64,000 nt of DNA, taken from Octopus sinensis (taxonomy: Eukaryota). The DNA lies in the NCBI RefSeq assembly GCF_006345805.1, contig NC_043003.1, positions 56,482,001-56,546,000 on the forward strand, read 5' to 3'. Shown here one piece after another: positions 44,503 through 58,364 of the stretch (position 1 is its first letter; each line of letters opens with the position of its first letter). Made by a program: the position numbers and the translations under genes. The notes below the pieces were generated by a model. That model was not told the DNA's origin, ran no database searches, and saw nothing but the letters and a program-made list of their open reading frames with translations.

Positions 44503-44940
44503 GGTTGAAATTTGAATGCCAGAAACATAATTACGGCAATAATCTCGTGCGCATTCGCCGTATTTCGGCATGTTGCTGGAATCCTGAAATGGAAAGAGGG
44601 GGAGCTAAAGGAGTTGGACAGTAAGACAAGAAGCTCTCAACAATTCATGGAACCCGTTGTGTATATGCAGCTACTTGTTGCCTATACATCAAGAGAACAA
44701 ATAGAGGAAGTCAAGTGATAAGTATGGAAAACTGCGTACGTATTGAACTCAGGAGCTTTATGAGACACCTATATACCAAAGTCAGGAAACCTTGCTAACT
44801 TTAGTTAGAAATGAGGGAGTATTGAAAGAAGAAATAAAATAAAAAACAAAGAAGTACAAAAAGGACATAAAGAAGCATTACGAAACAATGGACTATGGAA
44901 TCACATACATTGCAGTCATAACTGAAGTTGCTGGAAAACA
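44501..44940 (+). pseudogene. Second fragment of an R4-like element (post-RT region)
   Basis: LNARNIITAIISCAFAVFRHVAGILKWKEGELKELDSKTR and ISMENCVRIELRS match the LNxxNxxxAINxxAxxxxxYxxGxxxW..ELxxLDxKTR region that normally precedes the HGQF motif. Confidence 0.72.
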
Positions 44941-46521
44941 TAGGTGGGAAAACATAGGTGGAAAACATAACATTTCGCAACTAAAATGCTACTGAACATA
45001 AAACATCTGCTCGACCAGGTCTTATCTTAAGCTAAAAAAACAACAATAATACAACTTGCATTAAATGAAACAAAAACTCGCAATCAAAAAATTAATATAA
45101 TTGAGTATAAAGAATTAATACAGAATAGAAAATACAAATGCAGTAAGATCTTATATATGTAATACTGAGCATCAACAAATTTTGATTAATTGAGATATTC
45201 CAAGTAATTAGTTGACAAGACGTTTCTCATGGAGAGACTGATAGCGTTAAAATGTCAGGTAAGGAATTCGATTGTAGCTAGGTCATTGGATCAAATTTTT
45301 TTTAAGTATAAATAAGGCCTTCTTTTCAGACGCGTGGTTGAAAATGGAATGATTCAAAATGGAACTTTTATTGCAAGATCATCTCCATTTTAGGCTTATC
45401 ACACATTATCTTATATCTAATTCTTTGTTGAAATTGAGTCTTTTTAATTACGTACCGTATTAATGCGAAATTCGTTTAGTTGAATTTCAGTACAGTGTAC
45501 TTGTTTAGCACTAAATCTGAGTGAAATCGACCACTTAATTACAGATAGAAATAAAGTCAATCGGATAATATCTTAAGTTTATTTCGATCTTTTAGTAAAA
45601 GGTAACATACAATGTACGAATTAATATGAACAAAGTGAGTTAAACTAACAGACCATTTTTACCTCATCTTTCGAAGTAACTGACCTCAAAATTGAAAAAT
45701 GTACTAAAATTACATTTTCAATGAATTAAATACGATGAACTTGAAACTATATTTTCGATGAATAAGACTGCATCGAAATTCAAATAACAGAGTAATTTTA
45801 TCTTATTTTTAATTGAGTAATATTATTTCTTCTATAAATTAGTCTAATTTAGCGATAGAATTTAGAAGATAGTTTTATACATAACCGTGAATGGACGCCA
45901 TTTGTTTCTTTTTATTATCGACTACATTATCCTGTGATTGAAGCAATTATGTCTCTTAATAAGAATGACCCTAGTTATTATAATTGGGTAATTCATATTG
46001 CATGAAAATTATCAGTCCGTACGGTTTTAGCAACGGTAATTAAAAATTATCAAAGGGAAACGGAAAACGTCATTGACCATAGGTAAGGTAAAATAATTGT
46101 CATGGCAATTTATTTGATTGAAGAAAGTTTGAAATGACTTCGTTATAAGTAAAGTATCTGCACTCATTGGACTTCTGATGGGATAATGAGTAACATAATG
46201 TGAAAGTCGCTGTCGAGATACAGTGATGCCTTTTAGGTTAGGATATTGAATTGATAAAAATAGTCTTTTAAATATTACTTACAATATGAATATCGATGTA
46301 GAAGAGATAAGTAAAATACGTATTGCGTTAGTACTTATCCCTAAAAAAATAGATATTTGAACTGGAAAGAAAAGATAATTGTGTAAGTTAAAGGAATCAA
46401 GTGTTAAATTACACCTCCCACATACACACACATATATATATAATACACTGTGTATTATGTATATGTGTGTGTGTATGTGGGAGACATACACATACATATG
46501 TATATATATATATTCTTTTAC

Positions 46522-46727
46522 TCTATTACTCTTATACTTGTTTCAGTCATTTGAATGTGGCCATGCTGGAGCACCGCTTTAGTCGATCAAATCGATCCCA
46601 GGACTTATACTTTGTAAGCCCAGTACTTATTCTATCGGTCTCTTTTGCTGAACCGCTAAGTTACGGTGACGTAAAAACACCAGCATCGGTTGTCAAGCGA
46701 TGCTGGGGGACAAACAGAGACACACAG

Positions 46728-46806
<79 letters not shown>

Positions 46807-46945
46807 TTATGTATGTATATACATATATACGATGGGCTTCTTTCAGTTTCCGTCTACCAAATACACTCACAAGGCATTTGTCGGCCCGAGGCTTTAGTAG
46901 AAAACACTTGCCCAAGATGCCACGCAGTGGGACTGAACCCAGAAC
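46522..46945 (-). mobile_element. SINE family A with expanded internal (TA)n, 5'-truncated
   Basis: Colinear with the reference copy; internal tract about 46715-46830. Confidence 0.9.
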
Positions 46946-47419
46946 CATTACCAACTCATGCCAAACCCTTCAACCCATGGAAAACAGGCAATAAATTATG
47001 ATGATATTAATGATAATTATGATGATGATGATGGTGGTGGTGGCGGCGGTGGGGGTGATGATGATGAAGATGATGATGATGACGAGGATATACACACGTG
47101 ACAGGATTGCTTCAGTTTATGTGTGCTTAATCCACTCTTAAGGGTTTGGTCGGCCTGGAGCTAAAATAGAAGACACTTGCCTAATGTATCACAAAGTGAG
47201 ATTTGAACATGGAACCATCCGGCTAGGACGCAGGACGCATACTTTTTACACCGCAGTCAAAATCTGCAATAGAATCATGTATAAAATATGTACAAGTTAT
47301 GTTTTGTCATCTGATAATTAATTTTGAACATTTTATTTACAAATTACTTTTGTTGTTAATTGAATTTAAATAGAAAGTGAGTTTTTTTTCTTCCTAATTA
47401 ACTCCAGAACTTGTTTCTT

Positions 47420-47515
47420 AAGCTTAGTACTTATTCTATCAGCCTCTTTGCTGAACCATCAGGTTACGGGTATAAAAACGCACTACCACCGATTGTCAAC
47501 CGCTAGTAGTAGGGA

Positions 47516-47556
<41 letters not shown>

Positions 47557-47705
47557 ACACGCAAACATACACACATACGCACAAACACACACACACACAA
47601 ACACACAAAGATACACAAACACACACACCCACACAAACACACACACACACATACACGCACGCATATATATATATACGGCGGGCTCTTTTCAGTTCCCGTC
47701 TAACG
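47420..47705 (-). mobile_element. SINE family A central fragment with long internal (CA)n
   Basis: agtacttattctatcagcctctttgctgaacc...atacggcgggctcttttcagttcccgtc. Confidence 0.75.
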
Positions 47706-49744
47706 AATCCACTGATATATATCTATATATATATATATATATATATCATTAAAAATCAAATCGACACAAAAAATATATGGAAGGAAGTTTTCGTTTCTGT
47801 GAAAAGCACTTTCAGGTAGTTTTTATTTATAAGAATATTTGTAGTTCTACAAGTCATCATTTTCGCCTACTTGTGTTCGTAAATATTGGGCATATACAGA
47901 GTCCGCAAAAAAAAAAATCTATACACAATTTAAGAAAGGAAAAATCCGTATTAATATTTTGATTCAGTATTATTGCAATTTATGATAAAACACCAAAAGA
48001 AGTATTCATATTTATAGAAAATGATTATACAAGGCAAATATTTATACAGTTTTAAGTTTCCTGAGGTGTGTACAAAAATGTTTGGCGGACTTTTTTATAC
48101 TTTCACATATGCAATAAGATTTTATAATATGAAATGGATGGTAAAATTCACTATCTAACTAGTCTTGTGAATACGAAGGCTTTCTTGTGTTCCATGTCCT
48201 GATTTGTGATTGTCACGTTGTTCTTAACTGATAAAATGTCCCTCCAAAACACAAAAAAGTTCCCTTTTATTCATATCTGTTGGGTTGATTCACGTATGCT
48301 ATATAATAATTTCAGGAGTGTAGTAATGTCTTACTACTTTTGTACCAATTTGTGAAGCTCAAATGAGAACTAAATTGTTTATTTTTAAATAACACGTTAG
48401 ACGTCGGGTGGGGAACAAAATGGAATGTGCTCACAGTTTAGACTGTTTAGACCCATAGGTCTATTTATTCAGAACTGACCTGTGGCCTTAATCAGCAACA
48501 AGAATAAACTCCTTTTAAATCCCCAATAAATACTCACTGTCTTCACCTTCCATTCTTTCTTTTTTTCTCTCCCTTCTCCCTCAGTCACGCTTTAGCATTC
48601 CCTGTTTATAATTATCTGAGAGTTGCGCTGCACCAAACCGTTTTGACCTTCTTGTCAATTTCTCGAAATAAATGACAGATTCTCTGTCGATTTGACAACT
48701 AACATACGCGCACGATTGTCAAAATGCGTGTGCAACTGCTTCACGATTGCTCACACTTTATTAGCTGCAAGATAACTTATTTCCAACAAATCTCCATAAT
48801 AGCGATTAACAATTTTTGTGTTTACGCTGTATATTTATTTGACAACTTTTGTAACAAAGTAATGAAAAGTTAGTGATAATAGAAAAATAAACGACCAAAC
48901 AGATAGAAGACCAACCAATATATATAAAGAACATTAGTGATCTAGAAGTGCCTGCAGTAAAATAATTGTCATATTCATATTTAGTTATATTTACTTTATA
49001 AATACGCAGCCAAAGGTAAAGTTACAAAATAAAGAAATGAAACAAACAAAACAAAACACAATAGAAATAGTAAATGTAAAATACGAAAATTGAAAAGAGG
49101 AGAAATTGTAATTTCTCAGCGTTTAAAGCATTTGATTTACCAATTACCAGCAGGACCAAACAAATGGATGGAAAGAATTTGCTTATAACAGACGATTTCA
49201 GAGCAGTTAAATCGCTATTTTTTGTAGAACCCCAAAAGAAATACTCCGAGAAATGTTTTCTAAGATTGCTTAATATATATGAATCTGTCTTCAGGGAAGT
49301 GTTTCTGTCTTAGAAAAGTTAACATCGTAATGAAATATAGCAATATTATTCTGTGCTGAAGTTTGCATTTATTTAGTTATATACAAAGACAGAATCATTT
49401 TGTTTAAAACTTGTTATCTAAATATTAAGTTTAGCCGTGGCTCTGCTTCTAACAATACACCCTCACACTCACACAAACACATACACATATACATATCTGC
49501 GGAGTGACAGTTCTGTAAGTAATATGTTTATGCTTTAAGGCTTATAAGGGACCAACGTGTAGTGACTAAAGAAAATAATTTAATATTGGGGAAAGTAATT
49601 CCTCGAAGGAAAATAATAAGGTTTTCGGTGCGCATGCATATACGAAGCAGATAAGGAGATAATCGTTCAAGCACTTTATTATAATCCAAGGTATGGCTAG
49701 CTACATCGTATATGTATATGTATTTATACATATGTATGCATATT

Positions 49745-50000
49745 TTTTTCTTGTTTCAGTCATTTGACTGCGGCCATGATAGAGCACCGCCTTTAGTCGA
49801 GCTAATGGACCCCGGGACGTATCCTTTGTAAGCCCAGTACTTATTCTATCGGTCTCTTTTGCCGAACCGCTAAGTGACGGGGACGTAAACACAACAGCAA
49901 CGGTTGTCAAGCAATGCTAGGGAGACAAACACTGACACACAAACACACACATACATATATATATATACATATATACGACTGGATTCTTTCAGTTTCAGTC
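49745..50000 (-). mobile_element. SINE family A, 3' two-thirds
   Basis: High similarity to 30633-30880. Confidence 0.88.
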
Positions 50001-50054
50001 TGTTATCAGCATATTGGCATTGAAATAATTTTCTTTAGCCCTTACTTATAAGTT

Positions 50055-50103
<49 letters not shown>

Positions 50104-50352
50104 ATATACATATAAAAAGAATACACTCTTACTGATTTCAAAAACAGGTTATTGAAAATTAATCATCACAAATGCTCAAATTGAGCACCCTCTACAATAA
50201 AACATGCCGAAAAATATAAAATAAAATGCTTTAATTATTTTAAATGAAAACCAGAATGGTGCGCGAATTCTGGGACACCCTGTATATACACACACACACA
50301 TATACATATATATATATATACACATATACACATATAAATATTTATATATCTA

Positions 50353-51182
<830 letters not shown>

Positions 51183-51184
<2 letters not shown>

Positions 51185-51445
51185 TTTGAGACAAAACCAC
51201 TATTTTGCAAAACAAGAATTATTGGAAGTCCACCTGAAGATTGTCGATCAAGACAAGAAACGATTGTAGTGGCGGTTTTTTTGACTATTTATTAAATTTT
51301 ATGTATTGATTAAGTCTTTCCTTGTTTGTTTTGCAAAATAGTGGTTTTGTCTCAAATAATATTTTATAATATTTTACTATAAAATTGGATTTATCCTAAA
51401 TCTGATTTTTTTTCCTGTAAATTTGGATATATTCCCTAATATTTA

Positions 51446-51450
<5 letters not shown>
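51183..51450 (+). mobile_element. Penelope-like/retrozyme-like cassette between two (TA)n tracts, with a perfect 33-bp inverted repeat
   Basis: Arms 51183-51215 and 51326-51358; hammerhead motif at 51230-51272. Confidence 0.7.
51230..51272 (+). ncRNA. Minimal type I hammerhead ribozyme motif with intact core
   Basis: CCAC-CTGAAGA-TTGTC-GATCAA-GACAA-GAAAC-GATT-GTA-GTGG. Confidence 0.75.
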
Positions 51451-51490
<40 letters not shown>

Positions 51491-51706
51491 TAAATTTTAG
51501 AGTAGCAAAAAAATTCTAGAAAAATTCTCCGCTACCAGCTGTCTAGCGAGAAAGAAAAAATAGTCAATAGACTATATAATATACATTTAAACACATAAGA
51601 AATGGCCATAATAGAACATCTGACTCACTAGAAAGAGCAGTTAAACTCCAAACCACTAATAGTTGTAATTCTGAAATGGAAAGAGAAATAAAAACGTTTA
51701 CCCTAT

Positions 51707-51744
<38 letters not shown>

Positions 51745-52292
51745 ACTTACTGTTAACAAAAGGCGGGATGCGTGACGTTCAGTTACTAAATAAATGAAAA
51801 ATGCATTAGATACAAGAAAACGTACACGTAGAACAGGCACAGAAAGACCTTAATTCTTCATCAGTTATCAACCGAAATGTGAATACTCAGTTTCATTTCT
51901 TTAACGAGAAAGACTGTGAGCTTTGCATATTGGCAAAATTTGCGCAATATCAGGGCTCGAGCAAAGAAAACGATACAAAATGAAAGTGAAAGTATGAAAT
52001 TAAAGAAATGTAATTTAAAAGAACGGACGAAGAGAGAATAAATACGGCCTTTCGGCCAAGCGGACGAGGATGATGGGTAACGCCTGAAGGAATACTGAAT
52101 GGATATATAGAAGGAGAAATAGCAGGAGAGAAGATAGATGGTAACCGGCAAGCTAAGAGTGCGGTGGCGAAAGACAGAGATGGGGAAATTAGTCACAGGT
52201 CACATGAGGGAAGTAGGATAAGAGAGGGAGTGAGACAAAGAGAGAAGAGGGAAGAAGAGAGAAGGGAGAAAGTCTGCAATTACAAGTGAGAG

Positions 52293-52333
<41 letters not shown>

Positions 52334-52589
52334 GAAAGGATGTTGGGATGATAGAAGAAAAAGTATGGGGGCGAGTGAGAAAGGAAGTAGATAGAGACGC
52401 AATAAACATATAAAAAGCTTATTGTTAAAAAAAGTCGAGATGCTTACCCAATAAAAAGAAAAATGCATGAAATTCTACAAAACGTACATGTAGGAGAAGG
52501 ATCCTAATTGTTCATCAGTTATCATCCCAAATGTTAATAATCAATATCATTCCTTTAATGATAAGACTGAAAACTTCGTATATCGGCAG

Positions 52590-52775
52590 TACGTACGTGT
52601 ATGTTTTTGAGTATTACAAAAAAAAAACAAAAGACGAAGATTGGTGTGTAAACAAACAGCTATATTATTTTGACACTCGGGAAGAGTCTTTTACGTTTCG
52701 AGCCTACGCCCTTCTACAGAAAGGAACACAGAAATAAACATGGAGAGGAAATATAAAAAAAAAGGTATAGTGGGT
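52590..52775 (-). mobile_element. Penelope-like tail fragment with variant hammerhead motif (52688-52723)
   Basis: Minus strand: CTTT-CTGTAGA-A-GGGC-GTAG-GCTC-GAAA-CG-TA-AAAG; homologous to 28940-29090. Confidence 0.6.
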
Positions 52776-52977
52776 AGCGATCTATCATGGCGAATGGGTC
52801 ACACAGGAGTGCTAGGAAGAAGGGGAGATAATAAAGTAATGCTGATCCCAAAACGAAGGTGCGCGCGCGTGTTATGTGAGAGCGTGTATGTGCAGGTGGA
52901 AGGGGCCTAGAGACCATACATATATACACACACACATATACACGCACGCACGGACGCACACACACACACATATATAT

Positions 52978-53367
52978 AATAATAAAATCTACCCAAAACC
53001 CTAGCTTAATATACACGTGGCTGAAAGCGGGCTAGTGACAAAAACTTGAAAAAAGCTCACGTTAATTTTGAATTGGTTCCAATTTATGGATTAAGTCCAA
53101 CGGAAGCGTTTTTCGTTCGTCAACACAATACGCGGTGGGGGTGGAAATATAAGTCAAAATAATTGTGCATACGGTATGTACAATTATTTGGACTTAGATT
53201 TCCTCCCCCACCGTCTATTGTGTTGACGAAAGAAAAAAGCATAATTTTTGCTATCATCCAGATATTGGAGCCAATTCAAAATTTACGTGAAGTGTTTTTA
53301 ATTTTCTCTCACTGTCCCGCTTTCAGCCATGCGTATATTTAACTGGAGTTTTGGGTAGTTTTATAAA
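52978..53367. mobile_element. Fully palindromic (fold-back) MITE-like element, about 390 bp
   Basis: Arms align imperfectly throughout, centred on attgtgcata-cgg-tatgtacaat (about 53172). Confidence 0.7.
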
Positions 53368-53555
53368 TGTATCAGCACTTCAAACTTGCTGGAGACAGAC
53401 CGTTTTCGCCCTATCTCCCTTGATATAATCACATACTTATGTACATTATTATTAATTTAATGTATTAATTGCCTATAAATTCTTATTGCATGCTGGCTAC
53501 TTGATAAAAATTCATTAACATGATTGTTATCCTTATATTTTTATAAATTAATATA

Positions 53556-53597
<42 letters not shown>

Positions 53598-54430
53598 AGT
53601 ATGTTGTAAGTATATGGCACATCAAAATTATATATGCATGCATACGTACGTATATTAATGCATATATACATTTATTTTTCCCCCTTTTTTATCTTTTACC
53701 TGTTCCGGCCATTAGATTGCCGAAACAGGTAAAGTTTGTTAAGCCCGGTACTTATTTTATTGTGATATTTCGGCTAAAACATTTTTAAGGATATATATAT
53801 ATATATTGTATTATATTCTACTACATTGATTCTTACAAGAAAATCTATAAACTGTTGGATTTGACTTAATTATAAGCGAATATTAATACTACTAATGAGC
53901 GTTACTTTCAAGTGAAATTGGTTTGCTAATTCAGTACCCTCTCTCGCTATGAGGCGGTCAGCTCCTGTGTCAGTACATAGATTTGTGTTATGCTTGTGGC
54001 TTCAAATGTCTTTGACTCTTATTTCTAGCAATGTAGGTGCTGCAATAGACCCTTAGTGTGTATTAGTAACAATTGAGTTTCTCCTTCTTGGTTTAATATT
54101 GCGCGTCGAACCACCTTAATACGGCGCCGTATAACAAAACCATTCGAACTGAAAGGATTTATAGCAAGTTTGCTTACATAAAAACAAATATGAACTAATA
54201 TAGTTATTAATTTTGATAGAAGAATAGAGGCTGGTTCACTGGGGTAAAGGTAACACAGTCGAGTTAACAATGGGATATGGGCTCGGGTCCCTCTTGGCTA
54301 GGGATTCCTTCTTTTCTCTGTCGAGGGCTTATATGCCCTGTTATTAGACTATTTTCCCTAGTCATTTCACGGTGATCGCCATAAGATTTAAACTTATATA
54401 AGAATACTATATATATATGTATTTTTTTTA

Positions 54431-54630
54431 ATTTAAAAGCAGCAGAAATATAACAATAGCTGTTACTCAGTTTCACGCTCCGTTCGTCGGTCAGTCCGAC
54501 GGCGGGAACGTGAAAATCTGAGTAACAGCTTTTGTTATATTTCTGCTGCTTTTAAATAAAGCATATTACTCTACCTCTTGTATTTGAGTACTCTTTTTTC
54601 TACCTTGTTTCACATTTATGCGCTTACTCC

Positions 54631-54632
<2 letters not shown>
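54431..54632 (+). mobile_element. Near-perfect 127-nt hairpin plus tail ending at (TA)n; probably an inverted Penelope-like end
   Basis: 54431-54482 pairs with 54503-54557; inner stem cgtcgg-tcagt-ccgacg; (TA)n from 54633. Confidence 0.6.
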
Positions 54633-54674
<42 letters not shown>

Positions 54675-55647
54675 GTACTGTTCTGTGATAGAAAATTCAA
54701 TAAAAAAGTACTCCATCTTAAGAACACAATACTTGTATTTAAGTGCTACTAATAGTTTCATATGTTGAGAAATATCTCAAACATATTAATCAGGCACACA
54801 CAGCATGTCAACTAAAAACATTGAATAAGAGAAAAATACAGATAAAATCAAACATTAATGAAGGAATAAAAAGTAAGCCACGGGCTTCTTTTCAGTTTCT
54901 ATCTATAAAATCCACTCACAAGTCTTTGGTCGACTCGAGGCTAGAGTAGAAGTCACTTGACCAAGGTGTCACACAGTGCGATCGAACTCGGAGCCATGTG
55001 GTTGGGAAGCAAACCTCTTACCATACAGCCAAGTTTCACACACACACACGCACAAAGACACGAATACAAACACACATGCACAAACACTCCCTCCTACAGA
55101 CATACACATACACATCTATAAACATATGAATTCATATATTCTGCGTGTGAATATGGTGGTACGGTTATGTGTGTATGTCCATGAATGTGTTTGTGTTCGT
55201 GTGTATGTAAGCGTGTCATGAAAAAAATGTATGCATCACGACAAACGAAAATTGAAAAATAACAGCGTATGAACTGACGGGAACCGAACCATCCCTTTCT
55301 TGCGTGGTTACCACGACCTGCTGCTCTTTACACCATAGGAACCCCAGTAAGTAAGGCATGGGCCGATGATTTCCGTTGTTGCTTTTCCATCAAAAAATGT
55401 TGTTTATAAATGTATGGTATAAAGTTCAATGTTATTTATATCTGCATGTGAAAGTATTGAGTATTTTAAAGTTTATACACGTGCACATACACAATAGCAC
55501 ACACAGACACACAGACACACAGACACACACACACAGACACACACACAGACACACACACACACACACACATACATTACATATATGTGTGAGTGTGTGTTTG
55601 TATGTGTGCATGTGTATGATAATACATATATATATATAAATTATATT

Positions 55648-55977
55648 GGCTGTGTGTTAAGTAGCTTGTTTACAAACCACATGGTTCCGGGTTCAGTCCC
55701 ACTGCGTGGCACCTTGGGCAAGTGTCTTCTACTATAGCCTCGGGCCGACCAAAGTCGTATATATGTATATATTTTTGTGTGTGTATATGTCGTTGCGTCA
55801 GTGTCCCCCTGCCCAGCATCGCTTGACAACCGATACTTGTTGATTACGTCCCCGTAACCTAGCAAAAGAGACCGATAAAATAAGGTCTAGGCTTAAAAAG
55901 AATAAGTCCTGGGGTTGATTCGCTCGACTAAAGGCGGTGCTCCAGCATGCAACTGTCAAATAACTGAAACTAGTAAA

Positions 55978-55980
<3 letters not shown>
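55648..55980 (+). mobile_element. SINE family A with internal deletions
   Basis: ggctgtgtgttaagtagcttg...gggttcagtcccactgcgtggcaccttgggcaag...ctccagcatgcaactgtcaaataactgaaac. Confidence 0.85.
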
Positions 55981-56021
<41 letters not shown>

Positions 56022-56182
56022 CCTTTAAAATGTTTCAGCCCGAAGGCTGCGGCCATATATATATATTTACAAAGAATGAGAGGGGTAGAAAGTAACAGTA
56101 AGTTAAAGGGAGAAAGAGGGAGCGTAGACGTCACGCATAATCTAGTATGACATGTTGGATTCTACATCGCTAGCACTATAAC

Positions 56183-56488
56183 TTTTATTGCCTATCTAGA
56201 ACGTATGGGGGCAAGGAGGAAGAACTGGGATTCAAACTGCGTAGGCAAAGAATAGGATGGCATCAAGCAGCAACAATGACTGACCTAGACCATGCTGATG
56301 ACCAAACATTAGTAACAGAGAGGGCAGATAAAGCACAGGAGGAGCTGAGCAGATTAGAGTAGGGATCGGGGAAGGTAGGATTGTACTGTAACGCAAAGAA
56401 AACAGGGCAGCAATATTCAGCTTGTGTCAGTGAAAATGAGAGATGGTAAGTCGCTCAAGGTAGCTGAAAATTTCAAATACCTTGGTGT
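56183..56488 (+). pseudogene. Decayed RTE-clade LINE reverse transcriptase fragment
   Basis: LGFKLRRQR...TDLDHADDQTLV...GLYCNAKKT...ENFKYLG (xADD catalytic motif at 56291-56302); contains a stop and a frameshift. Confidence 0.8.
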
Positions 56489-56694
56489 ATGAACATTTAG
56501 TGAGTGTGGCAGGAGATGGGTGATTATCTGTGAAAATAACGTGAAAAGTGAGGTATATAGATACAGAAGGAGCGGAGACGTGCATGAAGAAAATGATTTG
56601 ATCTGTTGCTGATTTGGTTTGATAGACGGTTGATTTTAATAATTATTTCTACTATGGGCACAAGGACAGAAAATTTGGGTGAAATTACAACTGG

Positions 56695-56810
56695 TACTTA
56701 TTTATTCGACACCGAAAGAATGAAAGCGAAGTCGGTCACGGCGGAATTTGAACTCAAATGACGGTCGAAATGCAACTAAATATTTCGTCCAGTGCTCTAA
56801 AGATGCTGAC
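56695..56810 (-). mobile_element. SINE family B fragment
   Basis: ctggtacttattt..tcgacaccgaaagaatgaaagcgaagtcg...cggaatttgaactc. Confidence 0.75.
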
Positions 56811-56862
56811 AGCCTATTGCATTGCGTTTGATAATAATAATAATAAAGTACCTTGAGAATCA

Positions 56863-56893
<31 letters not shown>

Positions 56894-58364
56894 CATACAT
56901 ACATGCATGCATACATGCATACATACATACATACAATCATACATACAATCATACATACATACATATATACATATATACATACATACATGGTGACTGCATC
57001 ATCTTATCAGACGATACTCGTCTCTGAATAAATGAATAATGAGTCGGTTATCATCTATCTTACGTCAGTGGATGTGAGTGGCAAAATTTTGTAGAATGCT
57101 TTGGCCACCTCTCAGTTCCCATAGTAGGTTCCAGTGGCAAGCATTGCAAGATGTTTAGTACTGTGTCGAATGCAAGTTTCGTGTCAGAGTATATACATAG
57201 ATGCAAACATATATGTACATAAGTACGTACACATTCCTACATATGAACACTCGCATATGTATGTGTGTGTGCCTCGCATCCGCGCATGCAACGACACATA
57301 TATTATGCATGCGCTTGTCTTTACATCTAGCATTAATTTGATGAACAAATATGAGTACGTGTAAAATATATCATCTACTATATATATGTATATACGTTTG
57401 TGTCTTTGCACGTATATACATATTTTAGTATGTGTATAAACATGTATGTGTGTATGGCATGTGTGTTTGTGTGTGTCTGAGTGTATCTGTGTAGTTTCTG
57501 TGTGTGTAGTGTATTAATTTAGCTCTGCAACAATGCATATTCCATTTCCATTTCTTACTACAATCTGTATTTTCTCTCTTTCACAGTTCTGTCATTTGTA
57601 AACATATTTTACGTATACTTTGCCACTTATCTACATTATAAAGCTGTCTTTTGAATATGTACTAATTCCCAAATGTCTGTTTGTTGCGCGTTTACACATA
57701 CATACCAACATTTTCACACTGGCAAACAGAAAATGAAATTAAGTGTGAGAGAAACTTTCGAGAATTATGTAAGAATATCTCGCCCAAGAATATGAATCTA
57801 TAAAGCTGCACACATTCCATATCATCACACCATACAAGAATATCAAAATAAGAACGGCGTATCTGTGTATTCGCTATCTTTGCAAGGAATTGTGGTGAAA
57901 TCTGCTTCGTATTTTAAGCTAGATTTAACCTTTTGCTTTTCCTATGCATTATACATGTGACACACAGAATATGTTTCTCTGGTGTCCATGCCAGAGGAAC
58001 TTATGAAAGGAAAGAGTGATATTACTCGTAACATATGAGATATGGGTTAACTAAAAGTCTGAAAATAAACATGGATGAACTTGTTTTGGACAGGGGAATA
58101 TTTAAAATGGACGGACACCAGTGCTCCTAGCCTAATGCATAGTTTTAGGTGCATTATATGGTTTTAACACTAAAGGTTATGTTGGATCATACAACAGGCT
58201 TTAGTAAAGTTCCAGTTAATCGACCTAATATACAGCTGTCACTGTAGCTAAAGTTTCGACGAATGACAAGTACTATCACCTATAACACCACCAGCAAGAA
58301 CAAGAAATGTGTGAGAGGAGGGGGACATCAGAATGGTCATTAGTCCTACTAGCAATAACTACTA

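Noticed and set aside
55330-55352. 8-nt plus-strand microexon-like site pair
   Set aside because: Isolated, with no partner exons; expected by chance in 64 kb.
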